Origin: Candidatus Omnitrophota bacterium
Lineage (GTDB): Bacteria; Omnitrophota; Gorgyraeia; Zapsychrales; Aceulaceae
Length of the DNA: 64,000 bases
Reading direction: 5' to 3'
Assembly (NCBI GenBank): GCA_028693815.1
Contig: JAQUUP010000002.1
Span: forward strand, 7,056-71,055
Shown here: one piece after another, positions 37,680 to 48,515 of the stretch
How the letters are laid out: each line of letters starts with the position of its first letter
How positions within the stretch are numbered: the first letter of the stretch is position 1
The notes under the pieces: model-generated
What the model saw: only the letters and a program-made list of their open reading frames with translations
Told to the model about the DNA's origin: nothing
Database searches by the model: none
Position numbers and translations under genes: made by a program

Positions 37680-40600
37680 ATGAGAAACTTGTCTAAGAAA
37701 TCAAATACTTTTCGCTATGTCACAATTTTTACTTTGGTGTCTTTCTTTTTTCTTTCTGTCATTCCATCTCAAGCTTTAGCGCAAGGGGTGCTGGGTCTGC
37801 CCCAGCCGGGCGCAATGGTTAATTTAAGCCCTTCGTTTCATCCGGCTCTCCTAAGAGGTATTCAAATCCAGCCCAATGATCCTTTGCGCTTTGATTTTAT
37901 TGTGGATACCGGGGAAACAGGCCTTGAAGGCAAAGCCTTTGAAGTCGAAGCCACCAAGCTCATCAAGTATTTTCTCGCTTCCCTCACCATTCCTGAAGAA
38001 CAGTTTTGGGTCAACCTGTCTCCTTATGAGAAAGAGCGTATCATTGCCGATTCCTTAGGGGAGACCGAGATGGGCCGTGACCTTTTAGCTCAAGATTATG
38101 TTTTAAAGCAATTAACTGCCACCCTTGTGGATCCCAATAGTGATTTAGGCAAGAAGTTCTGGGAGCGTGTTTATAAAAAGGCCTATGAGATGTATGGCAC
38201 AACCCAGATGCCAGCCAATACCTTTAATAAGATATGGATTATTCCAGATGAGGCTGTTGTTTACGAAGAAGGCAACATCGCATTTGTTGGAGAAAGACAT
38301 TTAAAGGTGATGCTCGAAGAAGATTATCTTTCCCTTCAAAGCAATGCCAAGCGAGAAGACTTAGGCGTTAGCAAGCTCCAAGACGAAGAAATGAAGAAAC
38401 TCGCCGCGGTTTCTTCTGGCGTTGTCCGTGATGTCCTTGTTCCTGAAATAGAGAAAGAAGTCAACGGCGGTAAGCTCTTTGCTAATTTGCGACAGATCTT
38501 TGATGCCTTGATCTTGGCCACATGGTATAAGAAAACCCTTAAAGATAGTCTTTTAGGCCAGGTCTATGTGGATAAAAACAAGACGAAGGGTGTCGATGTT
38601 GATGATAAAACGATTAAAGATCAGATTTATCAGCAATACCTTGAGTCCTTTAAGAAGGGTGTCTTTAACATGATCAAGGTTGAAAAGGATGCTGTCTCTG
38701 GTAAGAATATCCCGCGCAAGTACTTTTCAGGTGGTATCACCACGGGTTCATCTGTTCTGAGTATCAAAAAATTGGTTGTCAAGAAAATAAGGTTTTTAGG
38801 AAAAGAAGTTAGAAATCTTTTTATGTCATTTGATGAAAAGGGCAGAATGTTCAAAGTCGGCGCAGGTGTTGGGACGAGTCAAGGTTTTCCTCCTAGAGCG
38901 CCTACCTTAGGAGAACGACAGGAAGAGAGGTACGAAAATCTTTTGGCTTCTTTGCCGAATGCAACGGGAGAAAATGCTCGTACAATTTTCTTGCAGTTAG
39001 CCGGAAGGGTTGTGGAAAATCCCGGAGAATGGTGGCACCGTGTCGCTTTGTATATGAGCAATGAATTATTTCCTTCGGCGGTTGACGCATTGATAATGGA
39101 AGCTGACTCTCTTTTAAAAATTAAAAAGGAGTTATCAAGTGTACAAGATTATTCTAGAAAGAATATGCCGTATGTCAATAATCTTACACAGCAAGAAAGA
39201 AAATCAGGCAGAGCTATCAATCAATTGCTTATGATTCTGCTGAGATCCATCGACATAAAGACAGTAAGCCTTGTAAGCGATTCTGATCTCGATAAATTAG
39301 ATCAGTTAAAGAGAAATGCTCCGGGGGAAGGTATTCTTCAAGGTGGAGAGCAGGAATATCTTAGTGGCCTTATCTTTCGTGCGAGAAACATGAATGCTCA
39401 GGCAGAGCTTCTTAAATTAAAGGGGCTGGCCGGGACATATAATCGGATCGGAGATTCTCGCCAAGCAGACCCTCAAAAAAGTGCTCCAACATTGAAGGAA
39501 TTACAAACTCGATTATTGCCTTATTTAGAGGGAATTAACTTAAATTTAGCTGAAGCCCTAGAGTCTTGGGGCGACAGAGATGGGTTTGTATTGATCGAGC
39601 TCATGCTCCGCGAGGAAGAAGGAGCTAGAGTTTTCAATCAAGCAGTTGGCAAACAGCCAGCGGAAGAAATTTCTACAATGACAGGTGAAGGGCTGATACG
39701 TTTTCTTTATGATCAAGGCTTGAGCGAACATACAAGCAGTGAAGTTCGCAAGGCCGGCTCGGCGATTATCGAGCGAGTAAAAGATATTTTAGAGGAAAAC
39801 TATCCAACTCTTATGAGCAAAGGTCTTTATTTTAAAGAAGTAGCAACCAACAAGGGGAATGCCCTTTTATTATCATCTTATCATGAAGAAGGATCGTTAA
39901 TGATATATCAAGATATGTCCAATGAAGTTGATGGCCAGCAAAATGTTGTAATTCAACAAATAGTAAAGCTGCTTGAACTACCAGATGAAGAAGAAATAGG
40001 AGGGGTAAGTGGCGTAAAGAGGTATTTTATTAACTCAAGATATAATATACTTTTTGAAAGAAATGTTAACAGAACTACTGATGAAGACATTAAGAATGTT
40101 ATTGATCTTTTTATTAAGGACAAAGGGAGAGTCGCTTCGTCAGGGGTGAGCGTTACAACTAATAGGGTTTTAAGAGTTTTGAATACTTATGCCTTGCAAA
40201 AGAGAGGCATTGAGCGAAAAATTATAAATCTTCTTTCTGGCCCTAAGGCAGTATTTATATTCAGGTCAGGCCAAAGCTCAAAAGAGGGAGGCTTATTCTT
40301 TTATGAAGGGAAAAATGGGATTTCTTATATTAAAAGAGGAAGAGCTTATGTTGTTATTCCGGATTTTGTTTCAGATCCCTTAAGCATAATTGCTTCAAGA
40401 AAAACTGTAAAGATGAATGTGAGTGATTTAACAGAAGAAAAGATTCGAGAGGTTATTGATGAATTTCTTGCAGAAGATTCACAAAAAGAACAAGAATTTA
40501 AGAAATTAAAAGATGAGTTATCTCAAAAAGATAAAGAAAAAATGGATTCTTTAATACGGGGCCTTTTGGTATTTACAGAGCACTGTAAGGAAATTGAAGA

Positions 40601-42242
40601 AGATTCCGGTCCGCTGCTGGTAAGAACTGCCTTAAGCAAAGAGATTGACAGGATCGATGGCGATCTTTTTACTTTGCATGAAGGATATCAAGGATTTCCG
40701 CAGGCTCAACAAAAGATTGATTCCGCTAGAAATATTTTTAAAGAATTTCAAACTGATTTAATCGGGTCTCTCACGCTTTCCAATCCAAAAGATACTGCGT
40801 TTGATAGGACCATGCGATCTAAATCGTATGTTTATAATCGAGCTATTTCTAACCTTAGATCTTTGACTGGATCATCATCGCTTACTTTTAATCAAGCAAA
40901 GCAATGGGTTTTAAAAATTTTGAAAGAGGATGCCAATAGTCGAAATCCTGTCTTTTTAGAGGGCGAGATTGAGCGAGTTAGTAAAGTTGAAACCATACTA
41001 GGTTTACAAGTTGTTAGCCTTAGATTGCTTCGAGATCTTGACAAAATGAACGCTGAAGATGTGCAAAATCCTCTAGGGCTTATCAACGCAAAAGAAGCCT
41101 TAGTTGATTTTCGTTATGCAGTCCGAGAAGCACGAAATCAAAAACGGGGGAGTGTGGGCTCTAAACAAGATTATTTTAATAAGAAATATTCTGTCATGAC
41201 TCGAACTGAAGCACGCGATGAAATCTTAGCTATCATGAACACAATTAAAGAGCGAGATCCTAATAATGCGCTTGCCTGGAGAGAAAATAGAATGGAACAA
41301 CAAGTAGGAGATTTTCTCACCTTCCATAGTTTATATAATTTTGCCTCTGAATTTTTAGATGACGCTGAGTCTGATTTAAAAGAAAATCCTCCAGAGACTC
41401 TTGAAGATGAACATTTAATTTATGAGGTTATTGTTCGCCTAAACAATCTTCTTTATAGTATTGAAGATCAGGCAAGGCAAGAGCTTGGAGACGAGCTAGT
41501 GGAGGAAGATGGGTTACAGGGCTTAACTTTTGCTAATGGACGAATAGCAGATAGCGCTGATAAGGCCTCATCAGGCGATATTGATTTAAATGCAGATGGC
41601 ACCGGCCAAGGTACCGCCGGCTCGGCGATCACGCTGGATCAGGCAAAAAAGATGGTCATGGGAGAAATAGCAAGGCTTAAGCAGCCAGGCAATGAAGGAG
41701 AGCGAACGATCTTTCCTGATAAAATACGAAATCAATCGGTCGTGATTAATAAGAATGGCATAGCCATGCTTGCCTTTGGTGGGTTGATAGGCCAGGATCA
41801 GGCGCCGAGTACCCAGTATGATTTCTTAGAAATTGCGTCTGATTTGTTGGTGGAACTTTCAGAGAATCTTGAAAATCCAGATAAAATTATAGAGACGTTG
41901 GTAAGCGGAAAGGAGATCAAGATTAAGGATTTTGTGGGCAATGCCAAAGAGATCGATATTCAAAGCCTAACTTCAAGACAGCAAGATGTTTTTAGGACTG
42001 TTATAGCGGCCAGAGCCGAAAAGCAGACGGTTGGTGGTATTGATTTAGGTCAGGCAAGTTCGGTATTGCAAATCAAGCGTGATGGAAACGGAATGGTGTT
42101 ACCGCTTAATCAGCAGTCGTTGGAATTTCAGAATATTCAAGGATTTACACCGTTTATTATTAATGTGACAACGTTTAATCCCGCAGCCTTATTAAGTCAG
42201 ATTGAGTCTGGAGGTAGCGAGGTTGCATCGTTGGATACGTAA
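37680..42242 (+). CDS. Giant secreted protein (1520 aa), hypothetical
   Basis: Signal peptide with no recognisable catalytic motif. The N-terminal ~1.5 kb is markedly GC-richer than the rest of the gene and the genome. Confidence 0.5.
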   Translation: MRNLSKKSNTFRYVTIFTLVSFFFLSVIPSQALAQGVLGLPQPGAMVNLSPSFHPALLRGIQIQPNDPLRFDFIVDTGETGLEGKAFEVEATKLIKYFLASLTIPEEQFWVNLSPYEKERIIADSLGETEMGRDLLAQDYVLKQLTATLVDPNSDLGKKFWERVYKKAYEMYGTTQMPANTFNKIWIIPDEAVVYEEGNIAFVGERHLKVMLEEDYLSLQSNAKREDLGVSKLQDEEMKKLAAVSSGVVRDVLVPEIEKEVNGGKLFANLRQIFDALILATWYKKTLKDSLLGQVYVDKNKTKGVDVDDKTIKDQIYQQYLESFKKGVFNMIKVEKDAVSGKNIPRKYFSGGITTGSSVLSIKKLVVKKIRFLGKEVRNLFMSFDEKGRMFKVGAGVGTSQGFPPRAPTLGERQEERYENLLASLPNATGENARTIFLQLAGRVVENPGEWWHRVALYMSNELFPSAVDALIMEADSLLKIKKELSSVQDYSRKNMPYVNNLTQQERKSGRAINQLLMILLRSIDIKTVSLVSDSDLDKLDQLKRNAPGEGILQGGEQEYLSGLIFRARNMNAQAELLKLKGLAGTYNRIGDSRQADPQKSAPTLKELQTRLLPYLEGINLNLAEALESWGDRDGFVLIELMLREEEGARVFNQAVGKQPAEEISTMTGEGLIRFLYDQGLSEHTSSEVRKAGSAIIERVKDILEENYPTLMSKGLYFKEVATNKGNALLLSSYHEEGSLMIYQDMSNEVDGQQNVVIQQIVKLLELPDEEEIGGVSGVKRYFINSRYNILFERNVNRTTDEDIKNVIDLFIKDKGRVASSGVSVTTNRVLRVLNTYALQKRGIERKIINLLSGPKAVFIFRSGQSSKEGGLFFYEGKNGISYIKRGRAYVVIPDFVSDPLSIIASRKTVKMNVSDLTEEKIREVIDEFLAEDSQKEQEFKKLKDELSQKDKEKMDSLIRGLLVFTEHCKEIEEDSGPLLVRTALSKEIDRIDGDLFTLHEGYQGFPQAQQKIDSARNIFKEFQTDLIGSLTLSNPKDTAFDRTMRSKSYVYNRAISNLRSLTGSSSLTFNQAKQWVLKILKEDANSRNPVFLEGEIERVSKVETILGLQVVSLRLLRDLDKMNAEDVQNPLGLINAKEALVDFRYAVREARNQKRGSVGSKQDYFNKKYSVMTRTEARDEILAIMNTIKERDPNNALAWRENRMEQQVGDFLTFHSLYNFASEFLDDAESDLKENPPETLEDEHLIYEVIVRLNNLLYSIEDQARQELGDELVEEDGLQGLTFANGRIADSADKASSGDIDLNADGTGQGTAGSAITLDQAKKMVMGEIARLKQPGNEGERTIFPDKIRNQSVVINKNGIAMLAFGGLIGQDQAPSTQYDFLEIASDLLVELSENLENPDKIIETLVSGKEIKIKDFVGNAKEIDIQSLTSRQQDVFRTVIAARAEKQTVGGIDLGQASSVLQIKRDGNGMVLPLNQQSLEFQNIQGFTPFIINVTTFNPAALLSQIESGGSEVASLDT

Positions 42243-42307
42243 ACCCCATTAGAGAATAAAGATCTCTAATAGGGCAAGATGAAAAATTTAAAGGTTGGTG
42301 ATTAAAT

Positions 42308-42347
42308 GGGGCAGTTTCGCCTTTTGGCGAGACTGCCCTTATTGTTT
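42308..42347 (+). terminator. Rho-independent terminator after the giant gene
   Basis: GGGCAGTTTCGCC-TTTT-GGCGAGACTGCCC followed by TTATTGTTTT. Confidence 0.6.
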
Positions 42348-42541
42348 TATCCATCCTTTTTTGGCATTTTTTAGCCGTTTTTTCCCCTTTACATTTTATT
42401 AAATTATAATATAATGATGGCTTGAGAATTCCGGGAAATAGATCCCGAGCCTTCCAGGCTTCGAGATGAACCATTAGGAGAGGAGGTCTTGATGTTGTCC
42501 CAATGGTTCATAATCAAAAAAGAAAAAGAGGTGATTTACCA

Positions 42542-42703
42542 ATGGCGGAAGTCAAAGTAACTGACAGTTTCGAAAAAGCCATGAGAGTTTTTAAAAAGCA
42601 ATGCCAACGCGAAGGTTTTTTGATGCAGATCAAAGAAAAGCGTTATTACTCTAAGCCTTCAGAAATTAAAAGACGTAAAAAAGCAAAAAGTAAAAGAGCA
42701 TAA
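42542..42703 (+). CDS. rpsU: 30S ribosomal protein S21
   Basis: MAEVKVTDSFEKAMRVFKKQCQREGFL...KRRKKAKSKRA matches S21. Start at MAEV after an AAGAGG Shine-Dalgarno. Confidence 0.8.
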   Translation: MAEVKVTDSFEKAMRVFKKQCQREGFLMQIKEKRYYSKPSEIKRRKKAKSKRA

Positions 42704-42772
42704 GGTTTTTTAGAGAGACCTGGCACAATTAAGCGTTTAAATCCAATCACTAAATCTGAATTATATTAAGAT

Positions 42773-44329
42773 ATGTTGAAAGTAAAGCGTGCACTGATAA
42801 GTGTTTCTGACAAGACTGGTCTTGTTGAATTCGCTAAAGGTCTGTCTGCCCTTGGTATTGAAATCATATCAACCGGCGGGACAGCCAAGCTTTTAAAGAA
42901 TTCTGGCATTGCCGTCAAAGAGGTTTCGGATTACACTGGTTTTCCAGAAATGCTTGATGGGCGCGTGAAGACGCTGCATCCCAAAATTCACGGAGGGCTT
43001 TTAGCTGTTCGTAGCGACCCTTCCCACATGCAACAAATTCAAGAGCATGATATTGGATTGATTGATTTGGTTGTTATCAATCTATATCCTTTTGAAAAAG
43101 TAATTGCAAAAAAGAACGTTAGCCTAGAAGAGGCGATTGAGAATATAGATATCGGCGGGCCTTCTATGCTGAGGTCTGGGGCAAAGAACTTTAAAAGCGT
43201 TGGCGTTGTTTGTAACCCAAAGCGTTATCAGGAAATTTTAAAAGAATTGGATGCTAATAGCGGTATTTTGCCAGATCGTTTTTTGATCAATCTGGCTGTT
43301 GAAGCTTTTGGCACGACAGCGCGCTATGATCGCATTATTTATGATTTTCTGAGTTGCCGCTTTAAGAGTAGTGATTTGTCACCTCTTCCACAAGAGCTAG
43401 TTTTTCGATTTTCTAAAGCTCAAGATCTTCGCTACGGAGAAAATCCTCATCAATCGGCTGCTTTCTATCATCAATCTGACGACTTAACTGGTTTAGCAAA
43501 GATGCAACAGTTAAGCGGAAAAGAACTTTCGTACAACAACATTCTTGATTTAAACAATGCTATTGATGTGGTCAAAGATTTTAGTTCTCCTGCGGCAACG
43601 ATCATCAAACACAATAATCCAACAGGTGTGGCAGAGGACAAAGATTTAGCTAAAGCTTATTTGATGGCACACAAGTGCGATCCTCTTTCGGCTTTTGGTG
43701 GCATTGTGGGATTAAACCGAAAAGTGGACGCAAAGACAGCAGAATTAATTTTTAAAAGTGGTTTTATGGAATGTGTGGTGGCGCCTGGATATGCAGTGGC
43801 TGCTTTGAAGATTTTAAAGAAAAAAAAGAATTTAAGAATTATTGAGCTTGATTTTAAAGATGTTCAGAAGAAAGATTTTGATTTTAAGAAAGTCAAAGGG
43901 GGCCTTTTGGTTCAAGATCAGGACGCTCTTAAAGTTGGTTTGAAGGATTTAAAAGTTGTCACAAAACGTAAGCCTACAACAGCACAGTTAGAGTCTTTGC
44001 TTTTTGGATGGAATGTTGTCAAGAATATCAAGTCCAACGCAATTGTTTTGGTTAAAGGTAAAAAAACAGTTGGCATCGGATGTGGCCAGACGAGTCGGGT
44101 GGGAAGTGTTGCCATTGCTATTGAAAAAGCAGGCAAGAATGCTAAAGGCTCACTTTTGGTTTCGGATGCATTTATTCCAAAAATAGACAATATCCAGATT
44201 GCTGCAAAGGCAGGTATCAAAGCCATTATTCAAACCGGCGGTTCTATCGCCGATCAAGACGTCATTAAAGAGGCCGATTACAAGAATATTGTGATGGTCA
44301 TGACTGGCGTTAGACATTTTAAGCATTAA
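42773..44329 (+). CDS. purH: Bifunctional AICAR transformylase / IMP cyclohydrolase
   Basis: N-terminal MGS-like domain (RALISVSDKTGLVEFAKGLSALGIEIISTGGTAK) plus a C-terminal AICARFT domain. Confidence 0.9.
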   Translation: MLKVKRALISVSDKTGLVEFAKGLSALGIEIISTGGTAKLLKNSGIAVKEVSDYTGFPEMLDGRVKTLHPKIHGGLLAVRSDPSHMQQIQEHDIGLIDLVVINLYPFEKVIAKKNVSLEEAIENIDIGGPSMLRSGAKNFKSVGVVCNPKRYQEILKELDANSGILPDRFLINLAVEAFGTTARYDRIIYDFLSCRFKSSDLSPLPQELVFRFSKAQDLRYGENPHQSAAFYHQSDDLTGLAKMQQLSGKELSYNNILDLNNAIDVVKDFSSPAATIIKHNNPTGVAEDKDLAKAYLMAHKCDPLSAFGGIVGLNRKVDAKTAELIFKSGFMECVVAPGYAVAALKILKKKKNLRIIELDFKDVQKKDFDFKKVKGGLLVQDQDALKVGLKDLKVVTKRKPTTAQLESLLFGWNVVKNIKSNAIVLVKGKKTVGIGCGQTSRVGSVAIAIEKAGKNAKGSLLVSDAFIPKIDNIQIAAKAGIKAIIQTGGSIADQDVIKEADYKNIVMVMTGVRHFKH

Positions 44330-44335
44330 CTTCCT

Positions 44336-45796
44336 ATGGTTTTTAAAAAAACCACCGATTATCTCGATTCCCTTATTAATTATGAACAAAAAGGTCTTCC
44401 CTACAAAAGCCGTACGTTTAAACTTTCCCGTGTTAAGAAACTTCTCAAAACTTTAAATCATCCTGAAAAGAATTTTTCTGTTATCCATATTGCCGGCACT
44501 AAAGGCAAGGGGTCGACAGCTGCTTTTGCTGCTTATATTTTAAGAGAAGCCGGATTAAAAGTCGGGCTTTATACCTCTCCTCATCTTTTTAGCCGAAGAG
44601 AACGTATCCGTATTTTAAAACCAAATGTTTCAAAGAGTAAGCTTTGCAGTGATTTAGAAGGATGTATTTCTGAAAAAAGTTTGAATATAGCGATCTCTGA
44701 TATTTTGGAGAAGGCAAAAGAAGAAAGCATTATCGCAAAAAAACGTATTAGTTTCTTTGAATTCTTCACCATCTTAGCTTTTTATTATTTTGCACAACAA
44801 AAAATAGATGTTGCTGTTGTTGAGGTAGGATTAGGCGGACGATTAGATGCAACCAATGTTTTAGATTCGGATATTTGCGGGATAACGCCAATTGGCCTTG
44901 AGCACACTGAACAACTTGGAAATTCTATTTTAGAAATCGCACAAGAAAAAGCTGCTATTATTAAGAATCAAACAAAGATGGTTGTTGTTTCTCCTCAGAA
45001 AAAACAAGCCTTGGATGCGATCAAAAAACAAGCCCAGAAAACAAACACTCCTATTTTGGTAGCAGGAAAAGATTTTACTTATAAGCTGTTGGAAGTTGAT
45101 ATTAAAAAACAAACGTTTTGCTTGTCTATGAAAAAGAAGAAGGATATTGTTTTGTGCACGCAGCTTTTAGGGTCGCATCAAATTGTTAATGCGTCTGTTG
45201 CGGCAGTCATGGTACAATATTTTTTATCAGAAAGCTTTAAGAATATAGCGGGTGATCTGTCGAAGAATATTTCGTGCTTAAATAGCCGACTAAAGTTGCA
45301 AACTCGCGCGGAACATTTATCGATAATTCACTCAACGACTGAAAATTTAGAGAAATATATTGTTGATGGCATAAAAAATACATGTTGGCCTGCGCGTTTC
45401 GAAATTCTTTCGAAAAGACCATTTGTTGTCGTTGATAGCGCGCATACAAAAGATTCCGCGCAAAAACTTGTTGAAGCTGTTAGGAGTATTTTTCCTAAAC
45501 AAAAAGTTATTTTAGTTTTAGGAGCTTCAAGAGATAAAGATGTTAGAGGTATTTGCTCAGAGCTAAAAAGTATTGCTAAAGAAATAATCTTAACAAAATC
45601 AAAACACCCAAGAGCATTTTTGTTTTCTCAAGATTTTTCTAAAAAACTTTTTAGTGATAAAGAAATTGTAATTGAGCCGAATGCAAAAACGGCATTGGCT
45701 CAAGCGCTAAGCAGGGCTAGAAAAAGAGATGTTGTTTTAGTTGCAGGCTCTGTTTTTCTTGCTGCCGAGATAAGAAGGCAATTGATTAAAGGGTAA
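44336..45796 (+). CDS. folC: Folylpolyglutamate synthase / dihydrofolate synthase (Mur-ligase family)
   Basis: IHIAGTKGKGST P-loop and YTSPHL motif. Confidence 0.85.
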   Translation: MVFKKTTDYLDSLINYEQKGLPYKSRTFKLSRVKKLLKTLNHPEKNFSVIHIAGTKGKGSTAAFAAYILREAGLKVGLYTSPHLFSRRERIRILKPNVSKSKLCSDLEGCISEKSLNIAISDILEKAKEESIIAKKRISFFEFFTILAFYYFAQQKIDVAVVEVGLGGRLDATNVLDSDICGITPIGLEHTEQLGNSILEIAQEKAAIIKNQTKMVVVSPQKKQALDAIKKQAQKTNTPILVAGKDFTYKLLEVDIKKQTFCLSMKKKKDIVLCTQLLGSHQIVNASVAAVMVQYFLSESFKNIAGDLSKNISCLNSRLKLQTRAEHLSIIHSTTENLEKYIVDGIKNTCWPARFEILSKRPFVVVDSAHTKDSAQKLVEAVRSIFPKQKVILVLGASRDKDVRGICSELKSIAKEIILTKSKHPRAFLFSQDFSKKLFSDKEIVIEPNAKTALAQALSRARKRDVVLVAGSVFLAAEIRRQLIKG

Positions 45797-45888
45797 TGCA
45801 TACTGATTCTTTGTAATTTGTTTTATAGTTTTAAAGAATTTTATCAAATCAGTATATTCTTAAGGAAATTTTTAATAGTAGAGGAAAA

Positions 45889-47286
45889 ATGTATCAAGAA
45901 AGTTTAAACGACACAATTTCAGCAATCTCAACGCCTCAAGGACAAGGGGGAATTGGAATTGTGCGCCTAAGTGGCAAAGAAGCTTTAAAAATTGCGGATA
46001 AAATCTTTGTTGCCAAAAATAACAAAAAACCATCCAGTTTCTCTACCTATAGTGTTCATTACGGAAAAGTTATTGATGCTAATGATGATGCACAAGTTAT
46101 TGACGAGGCATTGATTATTGTGATGAAGGCTCCAAAAAGTTATACGGCTGAAGATGTTGTTGAGATTAGTTGTCATGGTGGGATTGCATCTTTAAAGAAG
46201 ATTTTGAGTCTGACTCTTGAAAGTGGTGCGCGTTTAGCTCAGCCCGGAGAATTTACAAAAAGAGCTTTTTTAAATGGCCGCATGGATTTAACACAAGCTG
46301 AAGCGGTTTTGGATGTTATTCAGGCAAAAACAGAGGCATTCTTAAGAACGAGCGTTAATCAACTTAAGGGGGATTTGACGTTTGAGCTTGAATCAATTCG
46401 AGAACTTTTAATGAATGTGTATATCGAAATTGAGGCGATTGTTAATTTTCCAGAAGATGATATTGATACTTTGAGTCGTCAGGGATTGATGGATCGCATT
46501 GATTCTGTTATCAAAAGAGTTGATGTGCTGTTACTTTCGAGTGAGCAGGGACGTATTATGAAAGAGGGGGTAAAGGTTGTTATCTGTGGAAAACCTAATG
46601 TTGGAAAATCTTCTTTGCTTAATGTCTTATTGCGCACGCCGCGCGCAATTGTAAGTGATGTTAAAGGGACGACACGCGACACGATTGAAGAATTTGCTCA
46701 AATTAAAGGAATCCCTTTGCAGCTTGTGGATACGGCAGGGATTTTACATCCGCGTAATTCAATTGAAAGAGAAGCTGTCCGTCGGAGTCATCTTAATATT
46801 GATCAGGCAGAGCTTGTTCTTTTTATGGTTGATATTTCTGAGCGCATTTCTAAAGAAGACCAACAGATTATCGATAAAATAAAAGGAAAGAATGTTATTG
46901 TTGTTTTAAACAAGAGTGACAAAAAGATGCGTGCGGATGTTGAAACGATCAAGAAACAATTAGAAAGCAGTTTGCAGGTTAAGATTTCTGCTGTAAACAA
47001 GCAAGGCATTGATGTCTTAGAAGAAAGCCTTGTTAGAAATATTCTGCATGGAACAGAGTTTCAAGATTCTAGAATTATGATTAGCAATGTTCGCCAGATT
47101 GAATCTCTCAAGAAATGCTTATTTTCTATTCAAAATGCCAAACAACATTTTTTTGACCAGTTATCTTTAGAATTTGTATCTGAGGAAATCAAGTTGGCTA
47201 TTGATTTTTTGGATGAAATAACAGGAAAGAATATCTCCCAAGATCTTTTAGATAAGATCTTCTCTTCATTTTGTATCGGAAAATAA
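45889..47286 (+). CDS. mnmE: tRNA modification GTPase MnmE
   Basis: N-terminal THF-binding domain, G-domain GKPNVGKSSLLN/DTAG/NKSD, and C-terminal CIGK. Confidence 0.9.
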   Translation: MYQESLNDTISAISTPQGQGGIGIVRLSGKEALKIADKIFVAKNNKKPSSFSTYSVHYGKVIDANDDAQVIDEALIIVMKAPKSYTAEDVVEISCHGGIASLKKILSLTLESGARLAQPGEFTKRAFLNGRMDLTQAEAVLDVIQAKTEAFLRTSVNQLKGDLTFELESIRELLMNVYIEIEAIVNFPEDDIDTLSRQGLMDRIDSVIKRVDVLLLSSEQGRIMKEGVKVVICGKPNVGKSSLLNVLLRTPRAIVSDVKGTTRDTIEEFAQIKGIPLQLVDTAGILHPRNSIEREAVRRSHLNIDQAELVLFMVDISERISKEDQQIIDKIKGKNVIVVLNKSDKKMRADVETIKKQLESSLQVKISAVNKQGIDVLEESLVRNILHGTEFQDSRIMISNVRQIESLKKCLFSIQNAKQHFFDQLSLEFVSEEIKLAIDFLDEITGKNISQDLLDKIFSSFCIGK

Positions 47287-47292
47287 TTTGGG

Positions 47293-48048
47293 TTACTTTT
47301 CAAAAAGGTCTTCGGAGTTTTCTTTAAGGATTGTTGAGTATAGTCCCATGATGTTTTGGGTAAAATCTTTGTCTTGAAGAAGTTTTTGAATTTTTGGATC
47401 ATTGACAAGAGCAGTGATGTCGCGATTTTCGATTTTTTCCTTTAAAGCGGCATCGTTAACGATTTCTTGCAGCGATTCGTTTTGAGAGATATTTTGAAAT
47501 TCTTTGCTTGCTCGAAAAACTTTTATTTGTTTTTCGCTGATGTTGATAGGAAGATTGTCTATCAGTGAGGTAGAATCATTTTGTGTTCTTTGTTTGATAA
47601 ATTTTTGAAATAGTGGAATACGATTTGCGATATTCATATATGTAAAAGATTGAAAGATGTTTGTTTTTATTTCTTGAGCTAAGGGAGTGTTAAGCGGAAG
47701 AATTAAGATTGAGAAAATGACTATCAGTGCAATCCAGAGTCCCCAGCTTAGTCCAAGAATGCTGCCAAGCACTCGACTTAGAGCGGCGGGTGTTTTTGAG
47801 TGGCTAATTTTTTTATTCCAGATTTTTAAAAGAATGGACAATGCCACAGCAAGGCCAATGGATCCAAATATTAAAATAGCAATGCTTTGCAAGATGTTTT
47901 GAGTTGCGCTAAAATGATAGAGGGAAAATGCAGCTCCCAAAAACATGGCAATAAATTTAAGAGAAACGCGCACAATGCCTTTTCGCCAGCCTGAGGCAAA
48001 AAAGAAGAGGACAAAAATAAAGATAATAATATCGACTGAATTAATCAT
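47293..48048 (-). CDS. CvpA-family membrane protein with C-terminal soluble extension
   Basis: Four-TM N-terminal half resembling CvpA, then a ~100-aa hydrophilic tail. Confidence 0.55.
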   Translation of the reverse strand: MINSVDIIIFIFVLFFFASGWRKGIVRVSLKFIAMFLGAAFSLYHFSATQNILQSIAILIFGSIGLAVALSILLKIWNKKISHSKTPAALSRVLGSILGLSWGLWIALIVIFSILILPLNTPLAQEIKTNIFQSFTYMNIANRIPLFQKFIKQRTQNDSTSLIDNLPINISEKQIKVFRASKEFQNISQNESLQEIVNDAALKEKIENRDITALVNDPKIQKLLQDKDFTQNIMGLYSTILKENSEDLFEK

Positions 48049-48132
48049 AGAGTTTTTAGTAATATGTGCTTACTATATCGTAAATTAAAGGTTAACGCAA
48101 TAATCATGGTTTAAATTTTATAAGGAGAAAAT

Positions 48133-48510
48133 ATGCAAGCGGAACAGCTTCACGTTATTGATGCAAATATTTTTAAAGGCAAAAGAAAGATTGTTTTTTT
48201 TGTGTGCGTTATCGTTTTGCTGGCGGGATTATTTTTTACGCGAGGAAAGCTATATGTAATTTATTTGTCCTTAAAAGCTTCATCTGCAACTAATGCGGGA
48301 AACTTTGAAAAAGCTGAGGCTCTTTATCAGGAAATCATTACCTTAGATCCAAAGGCGGCAGAACCTTATTGGCAGTTAGGTGTTGTTTATATAAGTACAA
48401 ATAATGAGCTTGGGGTTTCAAGGCAAATTGTAAAATTAAAGCAAATGGGACGTTCTGATTTAGCCGTTTCATTAAGGAAACTATTTCAAGCCAAAGAAGT
48501 GAGATATTAG
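48133..48510 (+). CDS. Small membrane-anchored TPR-like protein, hypothetical
   Basis: One TM helix plus EALYQEIITLDPKAAEPYWQLGVVY. Confidence 0.35.
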   Translation: MQAEQLHVIDANIFKGKRKIVFFVCVIVLLAGLFFTRGKLYVIYLSLKASSATNAGNFEKAEALYQEIITLDPKAAEPYWQLGVVYISTNNELGVSRQIVKLKQMGRSDLAVSLRKLFQAKEVRY

Positions 48511-48515
48511 GTCTT

